From assembly GCA_027451365.1 (NCBI GenBank), contig DAIDJN010000084.1, positions 62,869-126,868 of the forward strand: a stretch of DNA of 64,000 bases, read 5' to 3'. This DNA comes from Phycisphaerales bacterium. Lineage in GTDB: Bacteria; Planctomycetota; Phycisphaerae; WQYP01. Positions 29,388 through 39,240 of the stretch are shown piece after piece. Within the stretch, counting starts at the first letter, position 1; each line of letters starts with the position of its first letter. Made by a program: the position numbers and the translations under genes. Below the pieces are notes generated by a model. That model worked only from the letters and a program-made list of their open reading frames with translations. It made no database searches and was not told the origin of the DNA.

Positions 29388-30620
29388 ATGATTTTGGGCA
29401 GATTTGTCAAATCCATTCTGGCGGCGTCAATCGCCGCATTTTCCTGTGCACCGCTGTTGCACGCCGCGGGAACGGTGAAGGTGGGAATTCTTCATTCGCT
29501 TACCGGAACAATGGCTATTTCCGAGACGTCGCTTCACGATGTGGAATTGATGGCCATTCATGAAATTAACGCCAAGGGCGGCCTGCTGGGCAAAAAGCTG
29601 GTTCCGGTGGTCGTGGACCCCGCATCCAACTGGAACATGTTTGCCCAGAAAGCCCGCGTGTTACTGGAGAAGGATAAAGTTAAAGTCGTGTTCGGCTGCT
29701 GGACTTCTGTAAGCCGTAAATCCGTACTTCCGGTGTTTCAGGCCGATCATGGCCTGCTGATTTATCCGGTGCAATACGAAGGCGAAGAATACAGTCCGGA
29801 TATCATTTACACGGGTGCGGTGCCCAATCAACAACTTATCCCATCCGTCAAATGGCTGATGTCCAAGGCTGGCGGGTCCCGTAAAAAGTTTTTCCTGGTC
29901 GGCACCGACTACGTTTTTCCCCGCACTGCCAACGAAATCATGGAAGGTTATCTGCTTTCCCATGGCGTGCCGAAGAAAAACATCAAAGTTGTCTATACTC
30001 CCTTTGGCTACAGCGACTACCAGACGATTGTGGCGGAAATCAAACAGTTTGCACGTGGCGGCCATGCCTGCGTGCTTTCAACCATCAATGGGGACAGCAA
30101 CGTCCCTTTCTACACCGAATTTGCTAATCAGGGTCTCACTGCACGCAAATGCCCAATTATGGGCTATTCGGTTGCTGAAGATGAATTGCGCTCCATGGAT
30201 ACCACCCGTCTGGTCGGGCACTATTGTGCGTGGAATTATTTCCAATCAATCAAGTCTCCGGCAAATAAAATATTCGTTCACGATTTTAAAACCTGGTGTG
30301 CTACGCACCATCTTCCCGGCGGAGCGGCCCGCGTAACAGATGATCCGATTGAATCCGCGTATGTGGGCGTGTATCTCTGGGCCAAGGCGGTGAAGAAATG
30401 CCACTCCTTTGATCCGATGAAGGTTGTAAAAGCCATGATCGGGGAAACCCTCGCCACGCCGGCCGGCCCGGTGAAGGTTTCCAAAAATCATAATATTTAC
30501 AAACCGGTTTACATTGGCCGCATTATGGCTAATGGCCAGTTCCATATTGTTTACAAAAGCAAGTCGTATGTAAAACCCGTGGCTTTCAGTCCGTACATCA
30601 GCAAATTCATGAAGAAATGA
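29388..30620 (+). CDS. urtA: urea ABC transporter substrate-binding protein
   Basis: KVGILHSLTGTMAISE, DPASNW, FGCWTSVSRKSVLP, YPVQYEG, GTDYVFPR, NGDSNVPFY, AWNYFQS. Confidence 0.96.
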   Translation: MILGRFVKSILAASIAAFSCAPLLHAAGTVKVGILHSLTGTMAISETSLHDVELMAIHEINAKGGLLGKKLVPVVVDPASNWNMFAQKARVLLEKDKVKVVFGCWTSVSRKSVLPVFQADHGLLIYPVQYEGEEYSPDIIYTGAVPNQQLIPSVKWLMSKAGGSRKKFFLVGTDYVFPRTANEIMEGYLLSHGVPKKNIKVVYTPFGYSDYQTIVAEIKQFARGGHACVLSTINGDSNVPFYTEFANQGLTARKCPIMGYSVAEDELRSMDTTRLVGHYCAWNYFQSIKSPANKIFVHDFKTWCATHHLPGGAARVTDDPIESAYVGVYLWAKAVKKCHSFDPMKVVKAMIGETLATPAGPVKVSKNHNIYKPVYIGRIMANGQFHIVYKSKSYVKPVAFSPYISKFMKK

Positions 30621-32485
30621 TGGACATCACACAACAGCCATTCGCTTACCGCAATAACCGCTGTCCGGCGGGAGGATACACTCCTCCCGCCGGAGGCTAT
30701 TTCCGCATTCCATATGAATTATGTCCAGGTCGGCCGGCTTATAGATTCAAGGCCTGCCGTTGGCGGACCGCGATACTTTACGGCCTGCTGCTATTGGCCA
30801 TTGCCGCCAAAAGTCAGGCCCAAACGGTAGCTCCGCAGGCGGCACATAGCTCGGCCACGCAGTCCGTGTCACCCACGATTATGGCTGCCGGCGCACCGCC
30901 GACAGTTTTGCAGACATCGGCCATGCTGGTGGAACTGGCCACGGCGCACGAGGCTCGCCGCCAGCAGATACTTCGTGCATTGGCCAACATGCACACGGCG
31001 CAACTTATTCCAGCTCTCCGGGCATATCAAAACGGTTTGCTATTGATACAGAACGGAAAGGCCGTTGTATTCGGCACGCCGATTATCAGCCCATCGGCGG
31101 GAAAATTATTCCCCATGGAGGATGCACTGACTTTGCAACCTGTGCAGGGGGCCAACGGCAAACCGATTCTACTGGCAAATTTGCCCGACAACCTGTTGAC
31201 CGTGCATGACCGTGATGCGGATCTATTAAGCATTGCGATTCATTCCATGCAATTATATTCCACCGATATGCGGCAGCGCCGCCGGGCCGTGATTTCCCTC
31301 GGGAATTCCCATGACGTTCGGTATTTGCCGCAACTCCAAAGCCTTCTGGCTCACGGTGGAAACGGCGTTTCCGCCCGCATTCTTAAGGAGAGCATCAATC
31401 GCATTATTCTGGCCACCGGAACGCCCGGCCAACAGGTGGCGGCGGCCAGAGCGCTGGGCAGCCTGCATTCGGCCCGGGCGGAACACCAATTAAAGAAAAC
31501 CATGCGCCGCGCCGCAAAGGCAAAAGATCCTACCCTTGCCAGTGCCTGTGCCGCATCCCTTGGACAGATCAGTACTTACCAGCGAACCGTGCGGATTTTA
31601 TTTAATTCCTTCGCGGGGCTATCGCTTTCCAGCATTTATATTCTCATGGCGTTGGGTCTAGCGATCATCTTCGGCCTGATGGGCGTGATCAATATGGCGC
31701 AGGGTGAATTCATGGCGATTGGCGCATTTACCACGCTGGTGGTAAGCAACCTTTTCAAGAATCATTTCCCGGCGGAATTCAACTGGTATATGGCGGCGGC
31801 CATACCGATGGCCTTTCTGGTTTCCGGAGCGCTGGGCTGGCTGGTAGAGGCCACGCTCATCCGCCGCTTGTATGGCCGTCCATTGGAAACGCTGCTTTGC
31901 ACCTGGGGCTTAAGTCTGGTCCTGATAGAGGCCATTCGCCTGGTGTTCGGCAATAACAATTCGCTTACGCCGCCAAGCTGGCTTACCGGCGGATGGCGTG
32001 TCATGCCCAGTCTGGTTCTGCCTATGAACCGCCTGTTTATTATTTCGTTTTGCGCCTTGTGTATTGCATTGCTTTACCTGCTGGTGGGCCGAACGAAACT
32101 TGGCCTGCTGATTCGCGCCACCACGCAGGATCGCACCATGGCGGCGGCCTTGGGTGTGCACACGCGCCGCATAGACGGCATGACCTTCGCACTAGGTTCC
32201 GGCCTGGCCGGAATGGCCGGCTGCACGGTTCCGCTGTTTGACAAAATAAATCCAAGCATGGGCCAGTCGTACGTTGTGGACAGCTTTCTGGTGGTGGTGG
32301 TGGGCGGCGTGGGAAATCTGGCCGGTGTCATATTTTCGGGCCTGGGCCTCGGCTTCGTGGAAAAGTATATTGAACCTCTCACCCACCCGGTATACGCTAA
32401 AATCATTGTTCTGATTCTGGTGATCATCTTCCTGCAATGGCGCCCTTCGGGATTGTTCCCGGCCCGCGGGAGGTCCATTGATTAG
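30617..32485 (+). CDS. urtB: urea ABC permease with N-terminal helical extracytoplasmic domain
   Basis: GLAIIFGLMGVINMAQGEF, LYGRPLETLL.TWG, SFLVVVVGG; start uncertain. Confidence 0.92.
   Translation: MMDITQQPFAYRNNRCPAGGYTPPAGGYFRIPYELCPGRPAYRFKACRWRTAILYGLLLLAIAAKSQAQTVAPQAAHSSATQSVSPTIMAAGAPPTVLQTSAMLVELATAHEARRQQILRALANMHTAQLIPALRAYQNGLLLIQNGKAVVFGTPIISPSAGKLFPMEDALTLQPVQGANGKPILLANLPDNLLTVHDRDADLLSIAIHSMQLYSTDMRQRRRAVISLGNSHDVRYLPQLQSLLAHGGNGVSARILKESINRIILATGTPGQQVAAARALGSLHSARAEHQLKKTMRRAAKAKDPTLASACAASLGQISTYQRTVRILFNSFAGLSLSSIYILMALGLAIIFGLMGVINMAQGEFMAIGAFTTLVVSNLFKNHFPAEFNWYMAAAIPMAFLVSGALGWLVEATLIRRLYGRPLETLLCTWGLSLVLIEAIRLVFGNNNSLTPPSWLTGGWRVMPSLVLPMNRLFIISFCALCIALLYLLVGRTKLGLLIRATTQDRTMAAALGVHTRRIDGMTFALGSGLAGMAGCTVPLFDKINPSMGQSYVVDSFLVVVVGGVGNLAGVIFSGLGLGFVEKYIEPLTHPVYAKIIVLILVIIFLQWRPSGLFPARGRSID
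30664..30694 (+). terminator. strong 13-bp hairpin after urtA (mRNA stabiliser/attenuator-like; no U tract)
   Basis: TCCGGCGGGAGGA-TACAC-TCCTCCCGCCGGA. Confidence 0.55.
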
Positions 32486-33923
32486 TTCACTGCCGCCAAC
32501 CACGACGGCGGTTCCCGCGCCGCCTGTTCAGGCACGCACACCGGAAGATGCCGTTCCCCGCGTTTCGCGCCGCATCCGCGCCGTGCGCATTGCGGCCATT
32601 GGCGCTGTTTTGCTGATTCTGGCCGCTGGCGTACCGGCATGTGATCTTGTCGGCTGGATGCCCGACGAGGCGGTTAACACGCTGAGCCGTTATCTCTGTT
32701 ACGCCATCGCGGCGTTGGGAATTGATCTGATTTGGGGTTATTGCGGAATATTGTCTTTGTGTCAAGCCCTTTTTTTTTCGATCGGCGGTTACGCCATCGG
32801 AATGTTTTTAAGTCTGCCGCAGGGCGGCGGACAGGTTCAGGCGGTTTATCACCATATTCCCCAATTCTTCTTTTTTAATGACCGCACGACGCTGCCCGCG
32901 TTCTGGAAGCCGTTTGCCTCTCCGGTGTTTGCCGTATCCGTGGGATTGCTTATTCCCGCCGCTTTTGCCGCCATTTTCGGCTATTTTATTTTTCGCAGCC
33001 GGGTGCGCGGCGTCTATTTTGCTATCATTACCCAGGCGCTGGCTTGGGCAGCCTATCTGGCATTCTGCCGCAATGAAATGCTGCTGGGTGGCTCTAACGG
33101 TCTGACAAATTTTTATCCACCGCTCAACAATTCACGGCATTGGATTCTCGGTCTGTATCTACTGACTCTAACCATCCTTATTCTGGCCTATCTTCTGTGC
33201 TTGTTTATGGTGCGTTCCAAATTCGGACGTATACTCGTCGCGGTGCGTGACAAAGAGCTTCGCCTGAACTTTGCCGGGTATCGCCCCTATGTCTTTAAAA
33301 TGGTCGCCTTTGCCATTGCCGCAGCACTCGGCGCACTTGCAGGCATTTTGTACGTTCCGCAGAATGGCATTATCACACCCGATATGATGCGGGTCCCGGC
33401 CTCAATTGGCATGGTCATCTGGGTTGCACTGGGCGGTCGCGGCCGGCTGTGGGGTGCCATTCTTGGCGCACTGGTTGTGCGTTACGCCTATAGCACGCTT
33501 ACCACGGATATTCCCATGGTATGGCCATTCGTCCAGGGTGGCCTGTTTATTCTGGTCGTGCTGCTTTTTCCAGATGGGCTGGTCGGGTTGTGGGATAAAA
33601 TTGAACAGAGCATCCAGGCCCATGAGTCCGCCTTAGGTCTGCTGCTCGCAGTTGTACCATTTCTGACCATTACCCTGTTTACTTTGCTGGAAGCCTTAAG
33701 CATGATGCCCTCAATCATGCAACATAATATTCCGGTTGGTCTTAACACATTGCCGAACATTCAATTAAAATATGTTGTCCTGACCTGCCTGTTGGTTTTC
33801 GGTGGTTTCGGCCGCTGGTTGTACAATCGGCATCTGGCTCGCAAATTTCATTCCTCCCTTTCCACCGATCCACTAGTGGAAGTCGTTACAACTGGCAGCA
33901 TTGTGACGAAGGAACCATCATGA
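32478..33923 (+). CDS. urtC: urea ABC permease
   Basis: DLIWGY.GILSL, FRSRVRGVYFAIITQA, GGSNGLT, WVALGGRG. Confidence 0.92.
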   Translation: MISSLPPTTTAVPAPPVQARTPEDAVPRVSRRIRAVRIAAIGAVLLILAAGVPACDLVGWMPDEAVNTLSRYLCYAIAALGIDLIWGYCGILSLCQALFFSIGGYAIGMFLSLPQGGGQVQAVYHHIPQFFFFNDRTTLPAFWKPFASPVFAVSVGLLIPAAFAAIFGYFIFRSRVRGVYFAIITQALAWAAYLAFCRNEMLLGGSNGLTNFYPPLNNSRHWILGLYLLTLTILILAYLLCLFMVRSKFGRILVAVRDKELRLNFAGYRPYVFKMVAFAIAAALGALAGILYVPQNGIITPDMMRVPASIGMVIWVALGGRGRLWGAILGALVVRYAYSTLTTDIPMVWPFVQGGLFILVVLLFPDGLVGLWDKIEQSIQAHESALGLLLAVVPFLTITLFTLLEALSMMPSIMQHNIPVGLNTLPNIQLKYVVLTCLLVFGGFGRWLYNRHLARKFHSSLSTDPLVEVVTTGSIVTKEPS

Positions 33924-34708
33924 GGCCAACAATTGAACAAGGGCTTCAGTCCCAGGCACCCGCCGCCCCCGGCAGGCCCGCCATGGTCGATCTGGAAAAT
34001 GTGGAAGTGGAATTTGATGGTTTTAAAGCCCTGAATATCCAGCATTTTTCTGTTGCGCCAAACGAACTGCGCGTAGTCATCGGCCCCAATGGCGCAGGTA
34101 AAACGACGCTTTGCGATGTCATTAGCGGAAAAACCCGTCCGAATAAGGGCCGCGTCTGGTTTGATGGGACAGATATCACACGCATGCGCGATACCGAGGT
34201 CGCACGCCGGGGCGTGGGTCGCAAGTTTCAAACTCCCACCGTGTTTGACAGCCTGACTGTGTATGAAAATATGGAACTCGCCGCACCTGGAAGGCGAAAC
34301 GTTTTCGGCAGTCTTTTTCGTGGCCAGTCGAAGGATCAGCGATCCCAGATAACGGATATTCTCAGGCGGGTGCATTTGCTTGAACATCAGCACCGGCGCA
34401 CCCGCTTCTTAAGCCATGGCCAGCGGCAGTGGCTGGAAATAAGCATGTTGATTGTGGCGGAACCCAAGCTGCTGCTGGTGGATGAACCGGCCGCCGGATT
34501 GACCGATGATGAAACGCGCCTCACGGCGGACCTGCTTCTGGAACTGCGCGGCAGACACACCATTATCGTTATAGAACATGACATGGAATTCGTTCGCCGC
34601 CTGAACAGCAGAATTACCGTGCTTAATGAAGGACAAATGCTGGCCGAAGGTTCGATTGATGAAATTCAGACCAACAAGGATGTCATTGAAGCCTACCTTG
34701 GCCGTTGA
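33920..34708 (+). CDS. urtD: urea ABC ATP-binding protein
   Basis: GPNGAGKTT, GVGRKFQTP, LSHGQRQWLEI, EHDM, YLGR. Confidence 0.94.
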   Translation: MRPTIEQGLQSQAPAAPGRPAMVDLENVEVEFDGFKALNIQHFSVAPNELRVVIGPNGAGKTTLCDVISGKTRPNKGRVWFDGTDITRMRDTEVARRGVGRKFQTPTVFDSLTVYENMELAAPGRRNVFGSLFRGQSKDQRSQITDILRRVHLLEHQHRRTRFLSHGQRQWLEISMLIVAEPKLLLVDEPAAGLTDDETRLTADLLLELRGRHTIIVIEHDMEFVRRLNSRITVLNEGQMLAEGSIDEIQTNKDVIEAYLGR

Positions 34709-34734
34709 TACCATAACCGCCCGGAGAGCACCCG

Positions 34735-35514
34735 ATGCTGAACATTAATGACCTGACCTTCAGCCATGGTGATGTTGCCACGCTTCGCGGCCTGACCATG
34801 CATGCTTCACCGGCTGCAATTACCTGTGTCATGGGCAATAACGGCGCGGGAAAGACCACACTCATTTACAATATTATGGGCGTTCTGCAGCCGGCGCGCG
34901 GCACCATCATGCTTGATGGCGTGAACATGACGCACTGGCCGGCACATAAACGGGCCCGCGCGGGCGTGAGCCTGGTGCCGCAGGGGCGCCGCATATTTCC
35001 CAAATTAACGGTGCGCGAGAATCTTGAAGTCGGCCTACAGGCCGCCCCACGAGCTGTTCGCACTATCCCGGAGGACATATTCGAGCTTTTTCCCATTCTG
35101 GCCACAATGGCCAATCGCCGGGGGGGCGATCTATCCGGTGGACAGCAGCAGCAATTGGCCATTGCTCGCGCCCTGGTTGCCCGGCCGAAAGTGCTGCTGC
35201 TTGATGAACCGACCGAGGGCATTCAGCCTAATGTCATTCAGCAGATCGGCCAAGTTCTTAAAAAGCTGGTTGCCGAGCGTGACATGACGATCATTCTTGT
35301 GGAACAATATCTGGATTTTATTCGCGAATTCGGTCAGTATTTTTATCTCATGCGGCGAGGCCGTGTGGTGGCGGAAGGTTCCACACGCGAGTTGGACGCC
35401 CAAATGGTTCAGCAGCATTTGACTGCATCAAACCCGAATCCGCAGCCCGGACGAATGGCCACGCAGAGCGATCATATTTCCGGCAATGGCCACGTAATTC
35501 CGACCGGCAAGTAA
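34735..35514 (+). CDS. urtE: urea ABC ATP-binding protein
   Basis: VPQGR.IFP.LTV.ENL, LSGGQQQQLAI, LDEPTEGIQP, VEQYLDF. Confidence 0.94.
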   Translation: MLNINDLTFSHGDVATLRGLTMHASPAAITCVMGNNGAGKTTLIYNIMGVLQPARGTIMLDGVNMTHWPAHKRARAGVSLVPQGRRIFPKLTVRENLEVGLQAAPRAVRTIPEDIFELFPILATMANRRGGDLSGGQQQQLAIARALVARPKVLLLDEPTEGIQPNVIQQIGQVLKKLVAERDMTIILVEQYLDFIREFGQYFYLMRRGRVVAEGSTRELDAQMVQQHLTASNPNPQPGRMATQSDHISGNGHVIPTGK

Positions 35515-35532
35515 CCCGGAAGCAGGATTGAT

Positions 35533-36501
35533 TTGATCAGACCTATTCAACACAATGCGTTTTTGATTACCGCAGATCATGGCGGTCGCAGTGCCGACCA
35601 ACCATCAACCCGGCGTGCCACCGCAGAAGCCGGATGTCCATTGACACCTAATACCATTCCTGCCAAACTGACGCGGGAGCCTGGCTTTGGCGAATTTCAT
35701 ATCAGCCGCTTTGCGGATCGTATGCGGGTCACCCGGCTTTTTTCGCATAATCCGCTGCGGCTGCTGGTCCCCCGGACTTCCGATACCGTCGCACGCGTTT
35801 ATGCCACCACCTTCGGCGGCGGGCTGGTACAGGGGGATCATATCCGGCTGCACGGCGTCATCGGGCCGGCTGCATCCTGTATTTTTACCACTCAGTCATC
35901 AACCAGGGTTTATCCCTGTCCGCAGGGCAGCACATCCCGTCAGAATATTGACATTGACATTGGCGGATCGGCTGTTCTGGAAGTTCTGGCAGACCCGCTG
36001 GTCTGTTTCCACGACGCGCGAATTGCACAACGGCAGGTTTTTAATCTGGCGGATGATGCGTCCCTGCTTCTGGTTGATACCTTCACCAGCGGCCGCTGGA
36101 GTAACGGCGAACGCTGGGCATTTGCCCGATTGGAAAATCGTATCGACATTCATATCGCCGGCCGCCCCTGGCTTGCGGACCGAATGCTTCTTTGCGGCAC
36201 CGATACGTCCAACCCGCTGGCCGCGCAATTTGGCGTATGGAACTGTATCAGTACGGTAGTATTCGCAGGCCCGCGGTATGCAGCACAGGGGAAGGAATTG
36301 CATGAACGCATCAGTCTCGCCCCACCGGGGCCGACCAACGGACTAATTTACGCCATGTGGCCGCACCACAATGGCCCTGATGGTCCGGCTGGTCATATTC
36401 TGCGCGCGGCGGGTGAATCAACCCGCATCGTCACCGCGTTTCTGGAAGAATCCGTAGGCCCATTGTGCCTTTCTGGAAGTCTGTTTCACCGCAAATGGTA
36501 A
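35533..36501 (+). CDS. ureD: urease accessory protein UreD
   Basis: FGGGLVQGD, TTQSSTRVY, SGR...GERWAF; lies before the urease structural genes; start uncertain. Confidence 0.88.
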   Translation: MIRPIQHNAFLITADHGGRSADQPSTRRATAEAGCPLTPNTIPAKLTREPGFGEFHISRFADRMRVTRLFSHNPLRLLVPRTSDTVARVYATTFGGGLVQGDHIRLHGVIGPAASCIFTTQSSTRVYPCPQGSTSRQNIDIDIGGSAVLEVLADPLVCFHDARIAQRQVFNLADDASLLLVDTFTSGRWSNGERWAFARLENRIDIHIAGRPWLADRMLLCGTDTSNPLAAQFGVWNCISTVVFAGPRYAAQGKELHERISLAPPGPTNGLIYAMWPHHNGPDGPAGHILRAAGESTRIVTAFLEESVGPLCLSGSLFHRKW

Positions 36502-36513
36502 AGGAGGTTATCT

Positions 36514-37266
36514 ATGTACCTTTCGCCCCAGGAAATCGATAAATTAACTCTGCATAGCGTCGGATTTCTCGCACAGAAACGACTGGCCCGCGGCGTCAAA
36601 CTGAACTATCCGGAGGCTGTGGCGCTGATTGCCACGCAATTGCTCGAATTCATCCGTGACGGCCGCAGCGTGGCGGAACTCATGGACCTTGGCCGCCGAT
36701 TCCTCGGCCATCGTCAGGTGATAGCCGGCGTGGCGGATATGATTTATGACGTTCAGGTGGAAGGAACCTTTCCGGATGGAACCAAACTTGTCACGGTTCA
36801 CCATCCGATTGTTCAGGAACAGGGCGATTTGAACCTTGCCCTGTACGGAAGTTTCCTGCCTGTCCCGGCGTCCGAATTGTTTCCGCCCGATGAGCCGGCC
36901 TCCGCGACGGCTTGGGCACCGGGAAAAATCACTACGGCAGCCGGTCTGATTACACTTAATGCCGACCGCGCCACCGCGGAAATCACGGTAACCAATGGCG
37001 GAGACCGGCCCATTCAGGTGGGCAGCCATTACCACTTTATTGAAACCAACCCGGCGCTTTCCTTCGACCGGGCGCGGGCTTATGGGATGAGGCTGGATAT
37101 TCCCGCTGGTACCGCAGTCCGTTTTGAACCCGGCGAGTCACGACTGGTACGGCTGGTGGCCATCGGCGGAGCCCGGGTTATCCGCGGCGGAAATGCGTTC
37201 GCCTCAGGCCCCGTATCAGCCGAAGGACCACCTGTTTCGGAAATATTTCCGGCACGGCAATCCTGA
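36514..37266 (+). CDS. ureAB: urease gamma/beta fusion subunit
   Basis: [21 protein letters not shown] (gamma); [27 protein letters not shown] (beta). Confidence 0.96.
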   Translation: MYLSPQEIDKLTLHSVGFLAQKRLARGVKLNYPEAVALIATQLLEFIRDGRSVAELMDLGRRFLGHRQVIAGVADMIYDVQVEGTFPDGTKLVTVHHPIVQEQGDLNLALYGSFLPVPASELFPPDEPASATAWAPGKITTAAGLITLNADRATAEITVTNGGDRPIQVGSHYHFIETNPALSFDRARAYGMRLDIPAGTAVRFEPGESRLVRLVAIGGARVIRGGNAFASGPVSAEGPPVSEIFPARQS

Positions 37267-37302
37267 TCCGCTGTGATGCGAGATAACTTTTACGGAGATT
37301 TT

Positions 37303-39015
37303 ATGGCCTTTCAAATTCCGCGTGATCAATATGCTGCAATGTTTGGCTGTACCACCGGCGACCTACTTCGCCTAGGTGATACCGATTTGACGATTGAAGT
37401 CGAACGCGATATGACAACGTATGGTGATGAGTGCAAATTTGGCGGAGGCAAAGTGCTGCGCGAAGGCATGGGACAAGCTGCCGGCGTGGATGCCGCCTGC
37501 GCCCTGGATGCGGTTATTACCAACGCCCTGATTGTGGACTACACAGGAATCTACAAGGCCGATGTCGGCATTAAAAATGGCCGCATTCATGGAATTGGCA
37601 ACGCCGGAAATCCCGATGTCATGAATGGCGTAACCCCCGGCATGATTGTGGGCGTTACCACCGAAGCAATCGCCGGGGAAGGCCTTATTCTTACCGCCGG
37701 CGGAATTGATGCCCATGTGCATTTCATCTGCCCGCAACTGGTGCAACAGGCGCTGGCAGCTGGATTGACCACACTGATCGGCGGCGGCACAGGACCGGCG
37801 GTCGGCACATGCGCTACCACCTGCACCCCGTCGCCGTTTTATATTCGTGCCATGCTGCAAGCCACGGATACGATGCCAATGAACTTCGGATTCACAGGAA
37901 AAGGGAATACGGCACTGCCAGCCGGACTGGATGACCAAGTGCGGGCCGGTGCCATTGGTCTGAAACTGCATGAAGACTGGGGCACTACCCCGGCGGCAAT
38001 CGATTGCTGCCTAACGGTGGCCGACGCATTTGATGTTCAGGTCACCATTCACACCGACACCCTTAACGAATCCGGCTATGTTGAACGCACACTGGCCGCT
38101 TTCAAAGGCCGCACCATTCATACATATCATTGTGAAGGTGCCGGTGGCGGTCATGCGCCGGATATTATTCGCGTGTGCGGATACCCCAATGTCATTCCCA
38201 GTTCCACCAATCCCACGCGCCCTTACACGGTTAATACCATTGATGAACATTTAGATATGCTCATGGTGTGCCATCATTTGGATCCGAATCTGCCCGAGGA
38301 TGTCGCCTTCGCCGAAAGCCGTATCCGCGGACAGACGATCGCCGCCGAGGATATTCTTCAAGACATGGGCGCAATCAGCATCATCAGTTCTGATTCTCAG
38401 GCAATGGGTCGCATTGGAGAGGTCATTACCCGCACTTGGCAGACCGCACATAAAATGCGGCAGCAGCGCGGTTGCCTTGCAGGCCCGTACCCCGCAGACA
38501 ACTTCCGAGTGAAACGCTATATTGCCAAATACACGATTAACCCCGCGATTGCACATGGCGTTTCACACGTCATTGGCTCGGTGGAAACTGGCAAACTGGC
38601 TGATCTGGTCCTCTGGCGGCCGGCATTTTTTGGCATTAAACCGGATATGATTATCAAAGGTGGCGTGATTGCCTGCGCGCAAATGGGCGATGCCAACGCC
38701 TCCATCCCCACACCGCAACCGATTATCATGCGGCCAATGTTTGGCGCATGCGGACAGACCGCGGCCACCAATTCGCTGGCGTTTGTAAGCCAGGCCGCCA
38801 TAAATGGAAATATTCCAGCCGCCTATGGCTTGCGCAAACCAGCCGAAGCGGTGAAACACTGCCGGTCCATTTCCAAACGTGACATGAAACTTAACGACTA
38901 TCTGCCTCGTATGACGGTGGACCCGGAAACCTATCGCGTCACAGCGGATGGGATCGACCTGACTTGCGCGCCAGCGGAAACTCTGCCGCTGACTCAGCGT
39001 TATTCGCTGTTCTGA
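37303..39015 (+). CDS. ureC: urease alpha subunit
   Basis: All Ni ligands present: [44 protein letters not shown]. Confidence 0.98.
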   Translation: MAFQIPRDQYAAMFGCTTGDLLRLGDTDLTIEVERDMTTYGDECKFGGGKVLREGMGQAAGVDAACALDAVITNALIVDYTGIYKADVGIKNGRIHGIGNAGNPDVMNGVTPGMIVGVTTEAIAGEGLILTAGGIDAHVHFICPQLVQQALAAGLTTLIGGGTGPAVGTCATTCTPSPFYIRAMLQATDTMPMNFGFTGKGNTALPAGLDDQVRAGAIGLKLHEDWGTTPAAIDCCLTVADAFDVQVTIHTDTLNESGYVERTLAAFKGRTIHTYHCEGAGGGHAPDIIRVCGYPNVIPSSTNPTRPYTVNTIDEHLDMLMVCHHLDPNLPEDVAFAESRIRGQTIAAEDILQDMGAISIISSDSQAMGRIGEVITRTWQTAHKMRQQRGCLAGPYPADNFRVKRYIAKYTINPAIAHGVSHVIGSVETGKLADLVLWRPAFFGIKPDMIIKGGVIACAQMGDANASIPTPQPIIMRPMFGACGQTAATNSLAFVSQAAINGNIPAAYGLRKPAEAVKHCRSISKRDMKLNDYLPRMTVDPETYRVTADGIDLTCAPAETLPLTQRYSLF

Positions 39016-39240
39016 CGATCGGGTCTTATTTTCCGCGCCCCGGTGCCAGGGCGAAAGCACAACAGAATTCTAGGGTGGGGCGAGATTCCGGCCTTTCGGG
39101 GCGCGTCTTTTGCGAGGCAGCCATCCAACAATTTCGCTGTGACAAAGCACTAGGGCTTTGTAGCGTCATAATTTTAGTGTAAACGCTGATGAGCTTTCTG
39201 CGGGCGTCTGCTATCTGCATGTGCCATTGGACGCGTGTTG

